Part shown: piece by piece, positions 16,838-24,033 of the stretch
Position numbering within the stretch: the stretch's first letter is position 1
How the letters are laid out: every line of letters begins with the position of its first letter
Origin: Nitrosopumilus maritimus SCM1
GTDB lineage: Archaea > Thermoproteota > Nitrososphaeria > Nitrososphaerales > Nitrosopumilaceae
DNA: 32,000 bases
Assembly (NCBI RefSeq): GCF_000018465.1
Contig: NC_010085.1
Location: forward strand, 1,440,001-1,472,000
Direction: 5' to 3'
Translations under genes and position numbers: made by a program
The notes under the pieces: model-generated
Database searches by the model: none
Seen by the model: only the letters and a program-made list of their open reading frames with translations
Told to the model about the DNA's origin: nothing

Positions 16838-17221
16838 ATGGAAATTTCTGTAGAACCATGGAAAAAACTAGTAATTCACGAAGTAATTGAGTACAAATTT
16901 GATGATTGGGTAAAGCAAATAGCATTCAGTACTAGATCTTCTGGAGGAGCAATTCCTACGATGCAATGGACAAATGGCATTGTTTTCTCACCAGCAAATT
17001 TCCCAACAACTAATGCTACTGTTGAAGAACAATTGAAAGGAATTTTACACTGGTCATCAGTATCATTTGCAATAAAAGAAAAATTTGAAAAGCAAATTGT
17101 CAAGGAAAATGCTACAATAAATCTAGTAGATGTGAGTGTGAATGAAATTTTCAAGGAATTAGCAATTAGTTTGAAATCACAATCAAAATTTACAAACTCT
17201 GAATCTGGCAATGGTCAATGA
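16838..17221 (+). CDS. hypothetical protein
   Basis: 127-aa ORF. GATTATAATT (16805-16814) is centred about 28 nt upstream of the ATG. It has an ATGA overlap with the next ORF. Confidence 0.6.
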   Translation: MEISVEPWKKLVIHEVIEYKFDDWVKQIAFSTRSSGGAIPTMQWTNGIVFSPANFPTTNATVEEQLKGILHWSSVSFAIKEKFEKQIVKENATINLVDVSVNEIFKELAISLKSQSKFTNSESGNGQ

Positions 17222-17901
17222 ATATTGAAAAAATTATTGATGATTGTAAAATTTATCTAAAACAGATAAAACAATACGACCCCGATCCTTTCTATGTAAA
17301 TCATTTCTTTTCCAAATTCATAGACTCTGTAAATATGGTAATGGGAGGTATTTTTGATGAAGCAAACAGAGATTTTGGATTATTCATAACAGAGAAAATA
17401 TCGTATGAGAAATTTCTCAAGAAAGCAAAAGAAAAGAATGATGAGAAAGCAATTAAATTTTTAGAATGGTATTCAAACAAAATTAATCAAGAACACAAGA
17501 GTAAATTTCCAAAAGTAATTAAGAAAATATGTGAATTAAAAAATAAAGAAGATGCGTTACCTGAAATAAAAATTATGATAAGAGCTCAAGACAGATACGA
17601 GAAGGATATTAATCAACAAATCATAGTTGGGTTAAGCAATGAAAAACTACGTTCAAAAGAAGAGCTGCAAATTGAGATCAATAGACAGTTACCAGTATTT
17701 TTAGAAGTAATCAATCATAAAAGAACAAAAAATAATGAGCCTAATGTAAATGAAAATCAGGTAACTACATCAGCGTTTATTGATATTGGAGATATTTCTG
17801 AAGTTGAAGTTGCATACGCTGCAGAAATTTACATTCCTGTTTTAATTAGATTAGTTGAAGAATCTAGGAAAAAAATTAAAGAATTAACATCATGGAGTTA
17901 A
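17218..17901 (+). CDS. hypothetical protein (Lys/Glu-rich, predicted helical)
   Basis: 227-aa ORF translationally coupled (ATGA 17218-17221) to the 127-aa ORF. No catalytic motif was recognised. Confidence 0.6.
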   Translation: MNIEKIIDDCKIYLKQIKQYDPDPFYVNHFFSKFIDSVNMVMGGIFDEANRDFGLFITEKISYEKFLKKAKEKNDEKAIKFLEWYSNKINQEHKSKFPKVIKKICELKNKEDALPEIKIMIRAQDRYEKDINQQIIVGLSNEKLRSKEELQIEINRQLPVFLEVINHKRTKNNEPNVNENQVTTSAFIDIGDISEVEVAYAAEIYIPVLIRLVEESRKKIKELTSWS

Positions 17902-17902
17902 T

Positions 17903-18568
17903 TTAGTCTGAAAATCCAAACACAGGATGTTCATTTTTTATTTTAATTATTGGAAAATATGAGAAGCCATGATCAATAGTATCAGAGAATTCTGGATTTT
18001 TCCCATGGTTACCCTGATATTTTAAGAAATTTTTTGTTGGTTCAGAATCTAATTCAACGTAATTGAAGTTGTAATAAACATCATCCATTTCGAGAGAAGT
18101 TATGTAACCAAGTATCCAAGATTTTTTTCTAGGCAAAGCAAATAATGTTAAATTTTGTTCATCAGGGAATTCAGGATCATATGTTAATCTGGCCAAGCTA
18201 CCTAGATCTTTTACAGGTATTGGATGAAATTGATCTGGAATGTCTTTTTCATTTTCAGGTAAAGGAGAAATTTGTGATTCCATATGAACCACAGGTGCAT
18301 AATGAGAAATATCTTTTGTAGACTCTACAATATCACAGATTTCTTTTCCTCCAGTTACTTGATATGAAATGTATCGTCCAGATTTTTTCAAAGGGGTGTA
18401 AAAAATCAGTAATGTGTTAGCTAACATCATACTGCATGAAACAACGCGTTCTCCGTTAAATTCCTGGGAATAAACTCGTTGAGGATATTCTCTAAAGGCA
18501 CAAGCATATCTTGCTAAATCATCAAAACTAAATAATTCAACAAAGCACTCATTCTGAGATACAGACAT
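17903..18568 (-). CDS. hypothetical protein
   Basis: 221-aa ORF with balanced composition. An A/T box (AATAAAAA on the - strand, ~18590-18598) lies about 26 nt upstream of ATG 18568. It converges on the 227-aa ORF with a 1-nt gap. Confidence 0.65.
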   Translation of the reverse strand: MSVSQNECFVELFSFDDLARYACAFREYPQRVYSQEFNGERVVSCSMMLANTLLIFYTPLKKSGRYISYQVTGGKEICDIVESTKDISHYAPVVHMESQISPLPENEKDIPDQFHPIPVKDLGSLARLTYDPEFPDEQNLTLFALPRKKSWILGYITSLEMDDVYYNFNYVELDSEPTKNFLKYQGNHGKNPEFSDTIDHGFSYFPIIKIKNEHPVFGFSD

Positions 18569-18607
18569 AAAAAATTTAGAATAAAAGATGTTTTTATTCT
18601 TTCAAAA

Positions 18608-19021
18608 TTATTTGGATTTTGGCCACATTGAGCCCCATGTTTCGGTGAATTTTTTCATCATTTCACCATATGCATTCATCTGTTCTAATCCAGATGAACT
18701 AAGACTCTTTTGCCAATTTTCAACAAATTGTTTGAAAGTAGACATGTTACTATCATTGAGAGCTTTTTGCCAGTTCTCACTAAATTCTTTAAAAGAATTC
18801 ATTCCAGCATCAGTCATTGCTTTTTGCCAGTTTTCTCCAAATAATTTCATGGTTTCATTACTTGATTCAATGCTTGCTTTTTCCCAAACCTCATTAAATC
18901 TAGATTGCATCTCAGTGCTAGCAGTTTGAATCTGCTCAAAGAGAGATTTCCAATTTTCAAGTGATTTGGTATATTCTTGCCACAATGAATCCCATTCATT
19001 ATTTTTTTCTTGGTCAGACAT
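18608..19021 (-). CDS. Trp-rich helical repeat protein (paralogue of 14474-14968)
   Basis: 137 aa with 10 Trp and three tandem 19-aa repeats containing ENWQK. See the paralogue alignment under 14474-14968. Confidence 0.7.
   Translation of the reverse strand: MSDQEKNNEWDSLWQEYTKSLENWKSLFEQIQTASTEMQSRFNEVWEKASIESSNETMKLFGENWQKAMTDAGMNSFKEFSENWQKALNDSNMSTFKQFVENWQKSLSSSGLEQMNAYGEMMKKFTETWGSMWPKSK
18686..18856 (-). repeat. 3 x 57-bp (19-aa) imperfect in-frame repeat
   Basis: + strand tgcca anchors at 18711, 18768 and 18825 give a 57-bp period. The peptides are ETMKLFGENWQKAMTDAGM / NSFKEFSENWQKALNDSNM / STFKQFVENWQKSLSSSGL. Confidence 0.85.
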
Positions 19022-19072
19022 TAACTAAAGATAGAGTTCGTTGTTCTTAAATGGTTCTCTAAAAATCACAAA

Positions 19073-19558
19073 TTACTTTTGTCGATTTTGCAATCGCTTT
19101 TCCATTCGGATTTTGCCTTCTTCAAATTTGGCTCGGTCTTCATCTGTTTTTAAAGAGAGTTTTGGGACATGCAAAGGTTTGCCATTTTTATCTAATGCAA
19201 CAAATGTTACAAAAGCAGTTCCAGTAGTAGTTCTAATTCCCGTAACAATATCTTCAGCTTCTGCTTTAACTTCTATTTCCATAGAAGAATTGTGGACATA
19301 GTTTATGCGAGCATTTAATGAAAGTACATTTCCAACAAATACGGGTTTTAGAAAATTTACACTATCCATACATACAGTAACAGCATTTGATTGAGAATGT
19401 CTTTGGGCAACAATTCCTGCAACCATATCAATGTGTTTTAAAATTTCACCACCAAACACATTTCCAGCTGGATTTGCATCAGAGGGAAACATTCTGACAA
19501 TAACTTCAGCATGAGATTCAGCAGGACTCTTTTCTCGAATATTTGATTCAGATGACAT
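19073..19558 (-). CDS. acyl-CoA thioesterase (hotdog fold, YciA/ACOT-like)
   Basis: 161 aa. NPAGNVFGGEILKHIDMVAGIVAQRH...VTVCMDSVNFLKPVFVGNVL...SSMEIEVKA matches the acyl-CoA hydrolase hotdog pattern. Confidence 0.85.
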   Translation of the reverse strand: MSSESNIREKSPAESHAEVIVRMFPSDANPAGNVFGGEILKHIDMVAGIVAQRHSQSNAVTVCMDSVNFLKPVFVGNVLSLNARINYVHNSSMEIEVKAEAEDIVTGIRTTTGTAFVTFVALDKNGKPLHVPKLSLKTDEDRAKFEEGKIRMEKRLQNRQK

Positions 19559-19612
19559 TTTATCTAAAATGTTTCTAATTTATCCAAATTTAATTTAATC
19601 AGTTGATTTTGA

Positions 19613-20950
19613 TTATTTGAAATATTTTTCGAGTTTAATTTTATCGATTTTTGGGATTTTTGCCAATTCAAATCCTTCAGGACGTTTTGAAAGTGATCTA
19701 GTTGCATCAATACCCATTTTTGCAGTCTGTAACTTCTTTTGATTACTTGATGGATCAAGGCTAGAGCCACGCACGTTTTTTAGAATTATAAGATCTTTGT
19801 CTGCCTGGAATCTTGTGGCCATAGCATATTCTACTGCCTCAGCACTGTTAGGATCAATATCCTCATCAACTACTGTTACTTGTTTTAGCGAACGATGAGA
19901 TTCGAATGTTTTTTTGATAATTTTTTTTGCATCGGAATCGTGTTTCTTTTTTATTTGTACAACTGCATGTAGCCAATTACATCCACCATTTGTCATGGAT
20001 ACTTGTTGTGTTTGCTTGAATGCTTTTTTCAAATCACCATTTAATTTTGATTCAATTGGCATACCCATCAATAATCTATGTTCTGAATAACCAGACAAAA
20101 CATCATGAAATATTGGATTATTTCTAAAATACATATTTTCAAGTTCAAAAACTGGTTGAGATCTTTCATGGTCATATGTTTGAAGCATTTCGACCATCCA
20201 TTCAGGATGTGTTTTGTCCTGAAGAACTCTTCCTTCCATAACGATTTCTGAACCTGATGGAATATTTAGTCCAGTAAATGGGAGTTTTGTTAAAGTCAGT
20301 TTTCCACCCAACAGAGAATTTGCAATATCAATCTCGTCTTTTCCCCACTCTGCTTGATATGCTCCGGCAATAGAAATTGCAGGATGAACACCAACAGTTA
20401 TTGCAATCTTGAGATCCTCGCCATGTTCCTTAGCATCAATAAAACATCGATGTAAATGACGTCCTTCAACCATTCGTATTGAAAAATGAGTTTTATCAAT
20501 TGGCATCATTCGATGAAAAGATGAATTTTGTTTTCCAGTTTCAGGGTTTTTGGCATATGCAATTGATGAGGTGATAAATGGGCCAGATTCTTTTTCAAAA
20601 TGAGTAACAATAGGCATGGAAAGGAGGTTTTTTGAGCTATTTTCTTGAAATTTGCCAGAGGAGATAATTTTTGGGGCTTTTGCCTTTTTGATAGCAGAGA
20701 TGACTTTTTCATGTATATTATATTCAGTACCTCCAACAGCTAGAGCAAATCTTTTTCGAGTACCAACCAAATTTGCAACTAGATGAAAATCACTTTCCTT
20801 GATATTTTCAAATAGTACAGCATGTGAACCGTCAACTTTTGCAGTAATTCCTGCAATCTCATATTTTGTTGAAACTTTAGTTTTTACAGTTTTGAGTTCT
20901 TTGTTTTTCTTTATTTTTGAAATATAATTTCTTAAATCACTCATTCTCAA
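19613..20950 (-). CDS. UbiD-family (prenylated-FMN-dependent) decarboxylase
   Basis: 445 aa. The N-terminus DLRNYISKI...LKTVKTKVSTKYEIAGI and overall length and pattern fit UbiD/3-polyprenyl-4-hydroxybenzoate decarboxylase homologues. The substrate is not inferable. Confidence 0.85.
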   Translation of the reverse strand: MRMSDLRNYISKIKKNKELKTVKTKVSTKYEIAGITAKVDGSHAVLFENIKESDFHLVANLVGTRKRFALAVGGTEYNIHEKVISAIKKAKAPKIISSGKFQENSSKNLLSMPIVTHFEKESGPFITSSIAYAKNPETGKQNSSFHRMMPIDKTHFSIRMVEGRHLHRCFIDAKEHGEDLKIAITVGVHPAISIAGAYQAEWGKDEIDIANSLLGGKLTLTKLPFTGLNIPSGSEIVMEGRVLQDKTHPEWMVEMLQTYDHERSQPVFELENMYFRNNPIFHDVLSGYSEHRLLMGMPIESKLNGDLKKAFKQTQQVSMTNGGCNWLHAVVQIKKKHDSDAKKIIKKTFESHRSLKQVTVVDEDIDPNSAEAVEYAMATRFQADKDLIILKNVRGSSLDPSSNQKKLQTAKMGIDATRSLSKRPEGFELAKIPKIDKIKLEKYFK

Positions 20951-21278
20951 TCATCTCCATAATCTCAGACATTAAGTCTTTTGCAGTGTTAGGTTCTAAT
21001 TCTTTTTGAATAAATGCAGAAACTAATGCAATGCCTCTCATCCTAGTACTAATTCGTTCAGATACAAGTTTGAGAAAGAGAGATTCAGTTCTAGATGGAA
21101 TAATTGTGGTGGTGATCGGAGTAGGTCCAGTTGCTATTGAAGCCACCATGGAACCGATTTTGTTGGATCCTTCAGCTACAGAAATAAAATAACCATTATC
21201 AAATTTTTGAATAGATAAAGAAAAGTTACGGCCCTCCAAATTTACCAATTTTTGGAAAAATCCATTTGGAGAGTTCAA
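20937..21278 (-). CDS. hypothetical small protein, coupled to the UbiD-family gene
   Basis: 113-aa ORF that overlaps the UbiD-family start by 14 nt. No motif was recognised. Confidence 0.55.
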   Translation of the reverse strand: MNSPNGFFQKLVNLEGRNFSLSIQKFDNGYFISVAEGSNKIGSMVASIATGPTPITTTIIPSRTESLFLKLVSERISTRMRGIALVSAFIQKELEPNTAKDLMSEIMEMIENE

Positions 21279-21295
21279 TAAGCTATGAACAAGTC

Positions 21296-21742
21296 TTATG
21301 CTTTTATTGCTATTGATTCACTTTCTTGGGAGGCATCAGCTATGTTGTTTGGATTTTTTTTGCAGTTCTTTTGATGTTTGTCTAGATAAACAAAAGATTT
21401 CTGACAATACTCACATAGTGTTTTTTCCTTTGTCTTTGTAGCTTTTGATTTTTTTGTTTTAGATTTTGTAGTTTTTGCTTTTACTGCAATCTCTTCGGTT
21501 TCTGGTTGAACTTCAACAGATTTTGCTTCAACAGCATCAGCCTCAACTCTTGCACGTAATTTGGCTTTGTATTTCAAATTACGTGGTTTAGTTCTTAATC
21601 TATAGCCACAACATGGACACCATAGTCCTTCCCATTTGATGAATATTTCACAAATTTGACATCGACGTTGTCCAGAAGCATATCTTCCGGTTCCAACAGG
21701 CTTTTGAGCCTTGTATCTTACACAAATTCCTTTACAAGTCAT
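21296..21742 (-). CDS. zinc-finger protein with Lys-rich linker
   Basis: 148 aa. The N-terminal Cys cluster is C-x3-C...C-x2-C...C-x-C-C (CKGIC...CQIC...WCPCCGYRLR). It is followed by a K/T/S-rich linker (KAKTTKSKTKKSKATKTKEK) and a C-terminal CEYCQKSFVYLDKHQKNC C2HC-like motif. Confidence 0.7.
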   Translation of the reverse strand: MTCKGICVRYKAQKPVGTGRYASGQRRCQICEIFIKWEGLWCPCCGYRLRTKPRNLKYKAKLRARVEADAVEAKSVEVQPETEEIAVKAKTTKSKTKKSKATKTKEKTLCEYCQKSFVYLDKHQKNCKKNPNNIADASQESESIAIKA

Positions 21743-22052
21743 CTTGGTAGTATTTTATAGAATTCATAAGTATATAAGGATGGATCGATGAAAAATTGAT
21801 AAAACTTCATAAAAAGTTGTAAAAATTTTAAATAATTTTACGATCACAATAATTTGTTTCAACGAAAAACAAGAAATCTTCAATAAATATGTATAGCTTG
21901 TTTGAAATTCGTTTTTTTTGAAAAAATGATACGTGTCAATATAGTTGTTTGACAAAAAATTTCAGTTTTTTCTAAAAAAAATATAGAAAATAGAAGAAAA
22001 TCATACAGTATGATCTGAATAAATAGAAAGTTTGTTCTCAAAATATGAAAAA

Positions 22053-22715
22053 TTAACCGGTTATAGAGAGAGGCAATATAGAATGTCTATATCCGTCTCT
22101 TTGAGATATGTATTTTGCAGACAACATATCTCGTTTTCCTCTCTGATTGAAATTCTTGATTTTCATACTGGTCTTTCTTTCATCAACAAATTCCAATTCA
22201 AAAGATGAACAAAATTTGAGATTTAACATAGTTACAATTTGTTTTGCAATTCCCATATTGCCATTTCCAATTTTTACAATCTTTCTTTTTGCTCTAAGAC
22301 CTCCAAGAACTCTAATGATATGAGCAACTAATTCTTCAACAGAGGAATGAAATGAGCTCTCAATTTCTTTTCCATAGTAAAATACAGACAAGCCAGTTCT
22401 CTCCCCAGGATCAATTCCTAAAATCAGATCATTTTCTTCAAAATCAAGATTAAGTTTTTGCATCATTATTCCTCGGAGTACAGTTGGAGGATGTTCAAAG
22501 ATATCCTCATGAAGTATTGGGGTTTCACAGATTTTTGGAGATTCTTTGCGAGTGGTAAGAATAAGATGACCAGAATAATTTTGGATGTCTTCAGGCAAAA
22601 TAGAATCAAATGATAATTTGAGAGCTTTTAGATATGTCGAGAATCTATAGTATGGTTTACCATAGGAAGTAGCAACTCCAATACGAGAATTAAGTAAGGG
22701 ATCGATATTTGACAA
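22053..22715 (-). CDS. RNase H-fold nuclease, YqgF/RuvX-like domain with N-terminal extension
   Basis: 220 aa, TTG start. LILGIDPGERTGLSVF (first catalytic Asp strand) and FVDERKTS...GKRDMLSAKYIS resemble the YqgF/RuvX GxDxG...DERxT[ST] pattern. Residues 1-95 have no assignment. Confidence 0.55.
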   Translation of the reverse strand: MSNIDPLLNSRIGVATSYGKPYYRFSTYLKALKLSFDSILPEDIQNYSGHLILTTRKESPKICETPILHEDIFEHPPTVLRGIMMQKLNLDFEENDLILGIDPGERTGLSVFYYGKEIESSFHSSVEELVAHIIRVLGGLRAKRKIVKIGNGNMGIAKQIVTMLNLKFCSSFELEFVDERKTSMKIKNFNQRGKRDMLSAKYISQRDGYRHSILPLSITG

Positions 22716-22736
22716 AACGAAATATAGGATTTAGGG

Positions 22737-23069
22737 TTATGCCTTCAAAACAGTTGACACGACATGCGTTACTGCTTCATCAAAATTGGCATCAATTTTT
22801 GCTTGAATTTCAGATAATTTAGCCTCGCCTTCTTGGGCAATTTTTGCAGATTCAGCAGTTGCCTTTTCTTTAGAAGCATTGATCATAACTTCGGCTTCTT
22901 TTGTGGCCATTTCTCTGGTTTTTTCCATAAGGGCATCTATCTCATTTTGGGCCTTTACTGAGAGTTGTTTTTTCATGTCGCCAACTTTGCTGTTTAAGGA
23001 ATCAATATCGTCTTCTAAGACATTTAGAGATTTGATGATTCCAGTGACTTTAGATTCAGCCATACTCAT
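22737..23069 (-). CDS. coiled-coil protein (A/V-ATPase subunit H/G-like composition; function uncertain)
   Basis: 110 aa, Ala/Glu/Lys-rich heptad-like sequence (KEAEVMINASKEKATAESAKIAQEGEAKLSEIQAKI). It lies 21 nt upstream of the nuclease-like gene. Confidence 0.5.
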   Translation of the reverse strand: MSMAESKVTGIIKSLNVLEDDIDSLNSKVGDMKKQLSVKAQNEIDALMEKTREMATKEAEVMINASKEKATAESAKIAQEGEAKLSEIQAKIDANFDEAVTHVVSTVLKA

Positions 23070-23131
23070 TACATTCGGATTTCAATGATTCCATTACTTA
23101 AATCATTCATTTTTAGGCATAAAATGTGGGA

Positions 23132-23473
23132 TTATCCAGTAGTTAACAGTAGAATGGCTCTGGCAAGATCGCCTTTTGCTTCCTCTAATGCGGCTTTGGC
23201 CTTTTCTTCATCAACACCTGCTTGTTGGCTAACAAGTTGAATATCCTCTTCGGAGAAAATAGGAACTTCCAATTCCCTTTCCTCATAACTATCTGCAGTA
23301 ACAGTGAAAATGGAATTATCTTTGGCTTTCATTTCTGTAACAGAGGGTTTTGAAATAATGATCTCTTTCTTGTCGGTCTTGATCGTGACTTCTTGAACGT
23401 TTGGCAGTTCATTCATGTCCAAGCCCATCTTGTCCATCATTCTTCGCATTTCGCGATTTCCTCCGCGCATCAT
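23132..23473 (-). CDS. nac: nascent polypeptide-associated complex protein (NAC alpha homologue)
   Basis: 113 aa. The NAC domain is MRRMMDKMGLDMNELPNVQEVTIKT...IISKPSV. The C-terminal UBA-like segment is EEDIQLVSQQAGVDEEKAKAALEEAKGDLARAILLL. Confidence 0.93.
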   Translation of the reverse strand: MMRGGNREMRRMMDKMGLDMNELPNVQEVTIKTDKKEIIISKPSVTEMKAKDNSIFTVTADSYEERELEVPIFSEEDIQLVSQQAGVDEEKAKAALEEAKGDLARAILLLTTG

Positions 23474-23943
23474 GGTTCTTTTTCCTCTTTACGACTTTTT
23501 AAACTATCTCTAACCTTAATGGCTACACCTCTATCAAAATCAGAAATCATCTCATATGACAAAACAGCCCTACCTACTGCAATCACTTTGTTTTTGAACA
23601 GAACTGGAGTGTCAGATGCAATTCTAACATTTTTTCCGCATTTTACAACATGTTTACAAAATACTGATCTGCCTTCTTGAACAAATGGTGCGGCATCTTT
23701 GTTTATCTCAACACAATTTTCTTTGAAGGTTTTACTCTTCAAGAGCATTTGAGCAAAGTATGGACTAATTGCCAAACCTCCATCAATTCTTAATGTGCAC
23801 AATAGTTTTCCTTTATGAATAACAGTTCGAATTCTACCGGTTTTTCTAGAGAATGTCATTTCGATGTCTTTTGGAAGATGTTTAGAAACACCATTTCCAA
23901 ATAGGGAGTCAATGGAAGCTTGTAATTTCAGGACATGGTCCAT
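23470..23943 (-). CDS. PUA-domain RNA-binding protein
   Basis: 157 aa. The C-terminal PUA pattern is V...GKNVRIASDTPVLFKNKVIAVGRAVLSYEMISDFDRGVAIKVRD. It has an ATGA overlap with nac. Confidence 0.8.
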   Translation of the reverse strand: MDHVLKLQASIDSLFGNGVSKHLPKDIEMTFSRKTGRIRTVIHKGKLLCTLRIDGGLAISPYFAQMLLKSKTFKENCVEINKDAAPFVQEGRSVFCKHVVKCGKNVRIASDTPVLFKNKVIAVGRAVLSYEMISDFDRGVAIKVRDSLKSRKEEKEP

Positions 23944-23961
23944 ATTCTGACCTCACATCTT

Positions 23962-24011
23962 CTAAATATTAGTTCAGTGATGATATAGGAAAAGAGCATA
24001 AAACTATATAG
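23962..24011. promoter_or_regulatory. divergent promoter region (PUA-nac operon / phoU-like gene)
   Basis: CTAATATTTAG (- strand, 23962-23972) is centred about 24-26 nt from ATG 23943. AACTATATAG (24002-24011) is centred about 27 nt upstream of ATG 24034. Confidence 0.4.
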
Positions 24012-24033
24012 ACCCAATTTTTTTATGTAGTTC

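Noticed and set aside
18578-18600. 9-bp AT-only palindrome AGAATAAAA-N5-TTTTATTCT between the Trp-rich gene and the 221-aa gene, considered as a terminator hairpin
   Set aside because: Its right arm coincides with the expected TATA-box position (~26 nt upstream of ATG 18568). An all-A/T stem would be very weak. It is most simply promoter sequence that happens to be self-complementary.
18588-18929. 113-aa plus-strand ORF opposite the Trp-rich gene
   Set aside because: The minus-strand frame has a full-length paralogue at 14474-14968 and an in-frame 19-aa repeat. The plus-strand frame has neither.
14474-19021. Integrated mobile element or provirus explanation for the orphan-gene block
   Set aside because: I could not find an integrase, transposase, capsid or terminase-like ORF, a tRNA target, or flanking direct repeats. 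The bracketing paralogues are similar only at protein level, not as DNA repeats.
19564-19770. 68-aa minus-strand ORF overlapping the 3' end of the UbiD-family gene; similar ORF at 23928-24116 across the PUA/phoU promoter gap
   Set aside because: These are out-of-frame overlaps with well-supported genes or they span a divergent promoter. They have no independent support.
21764-21955. 63-aa ORF in the 310-bp AT-rich gap upstream of the zinc-finger gene
   Set aside because: The translation is Ile/Phe/Lys/Tyr low-complexity, as expected by chance in ~20% GC DNA. No A/T box is distinguishable from background. I treat the region as non-coding (see the finding at 21296-21742).
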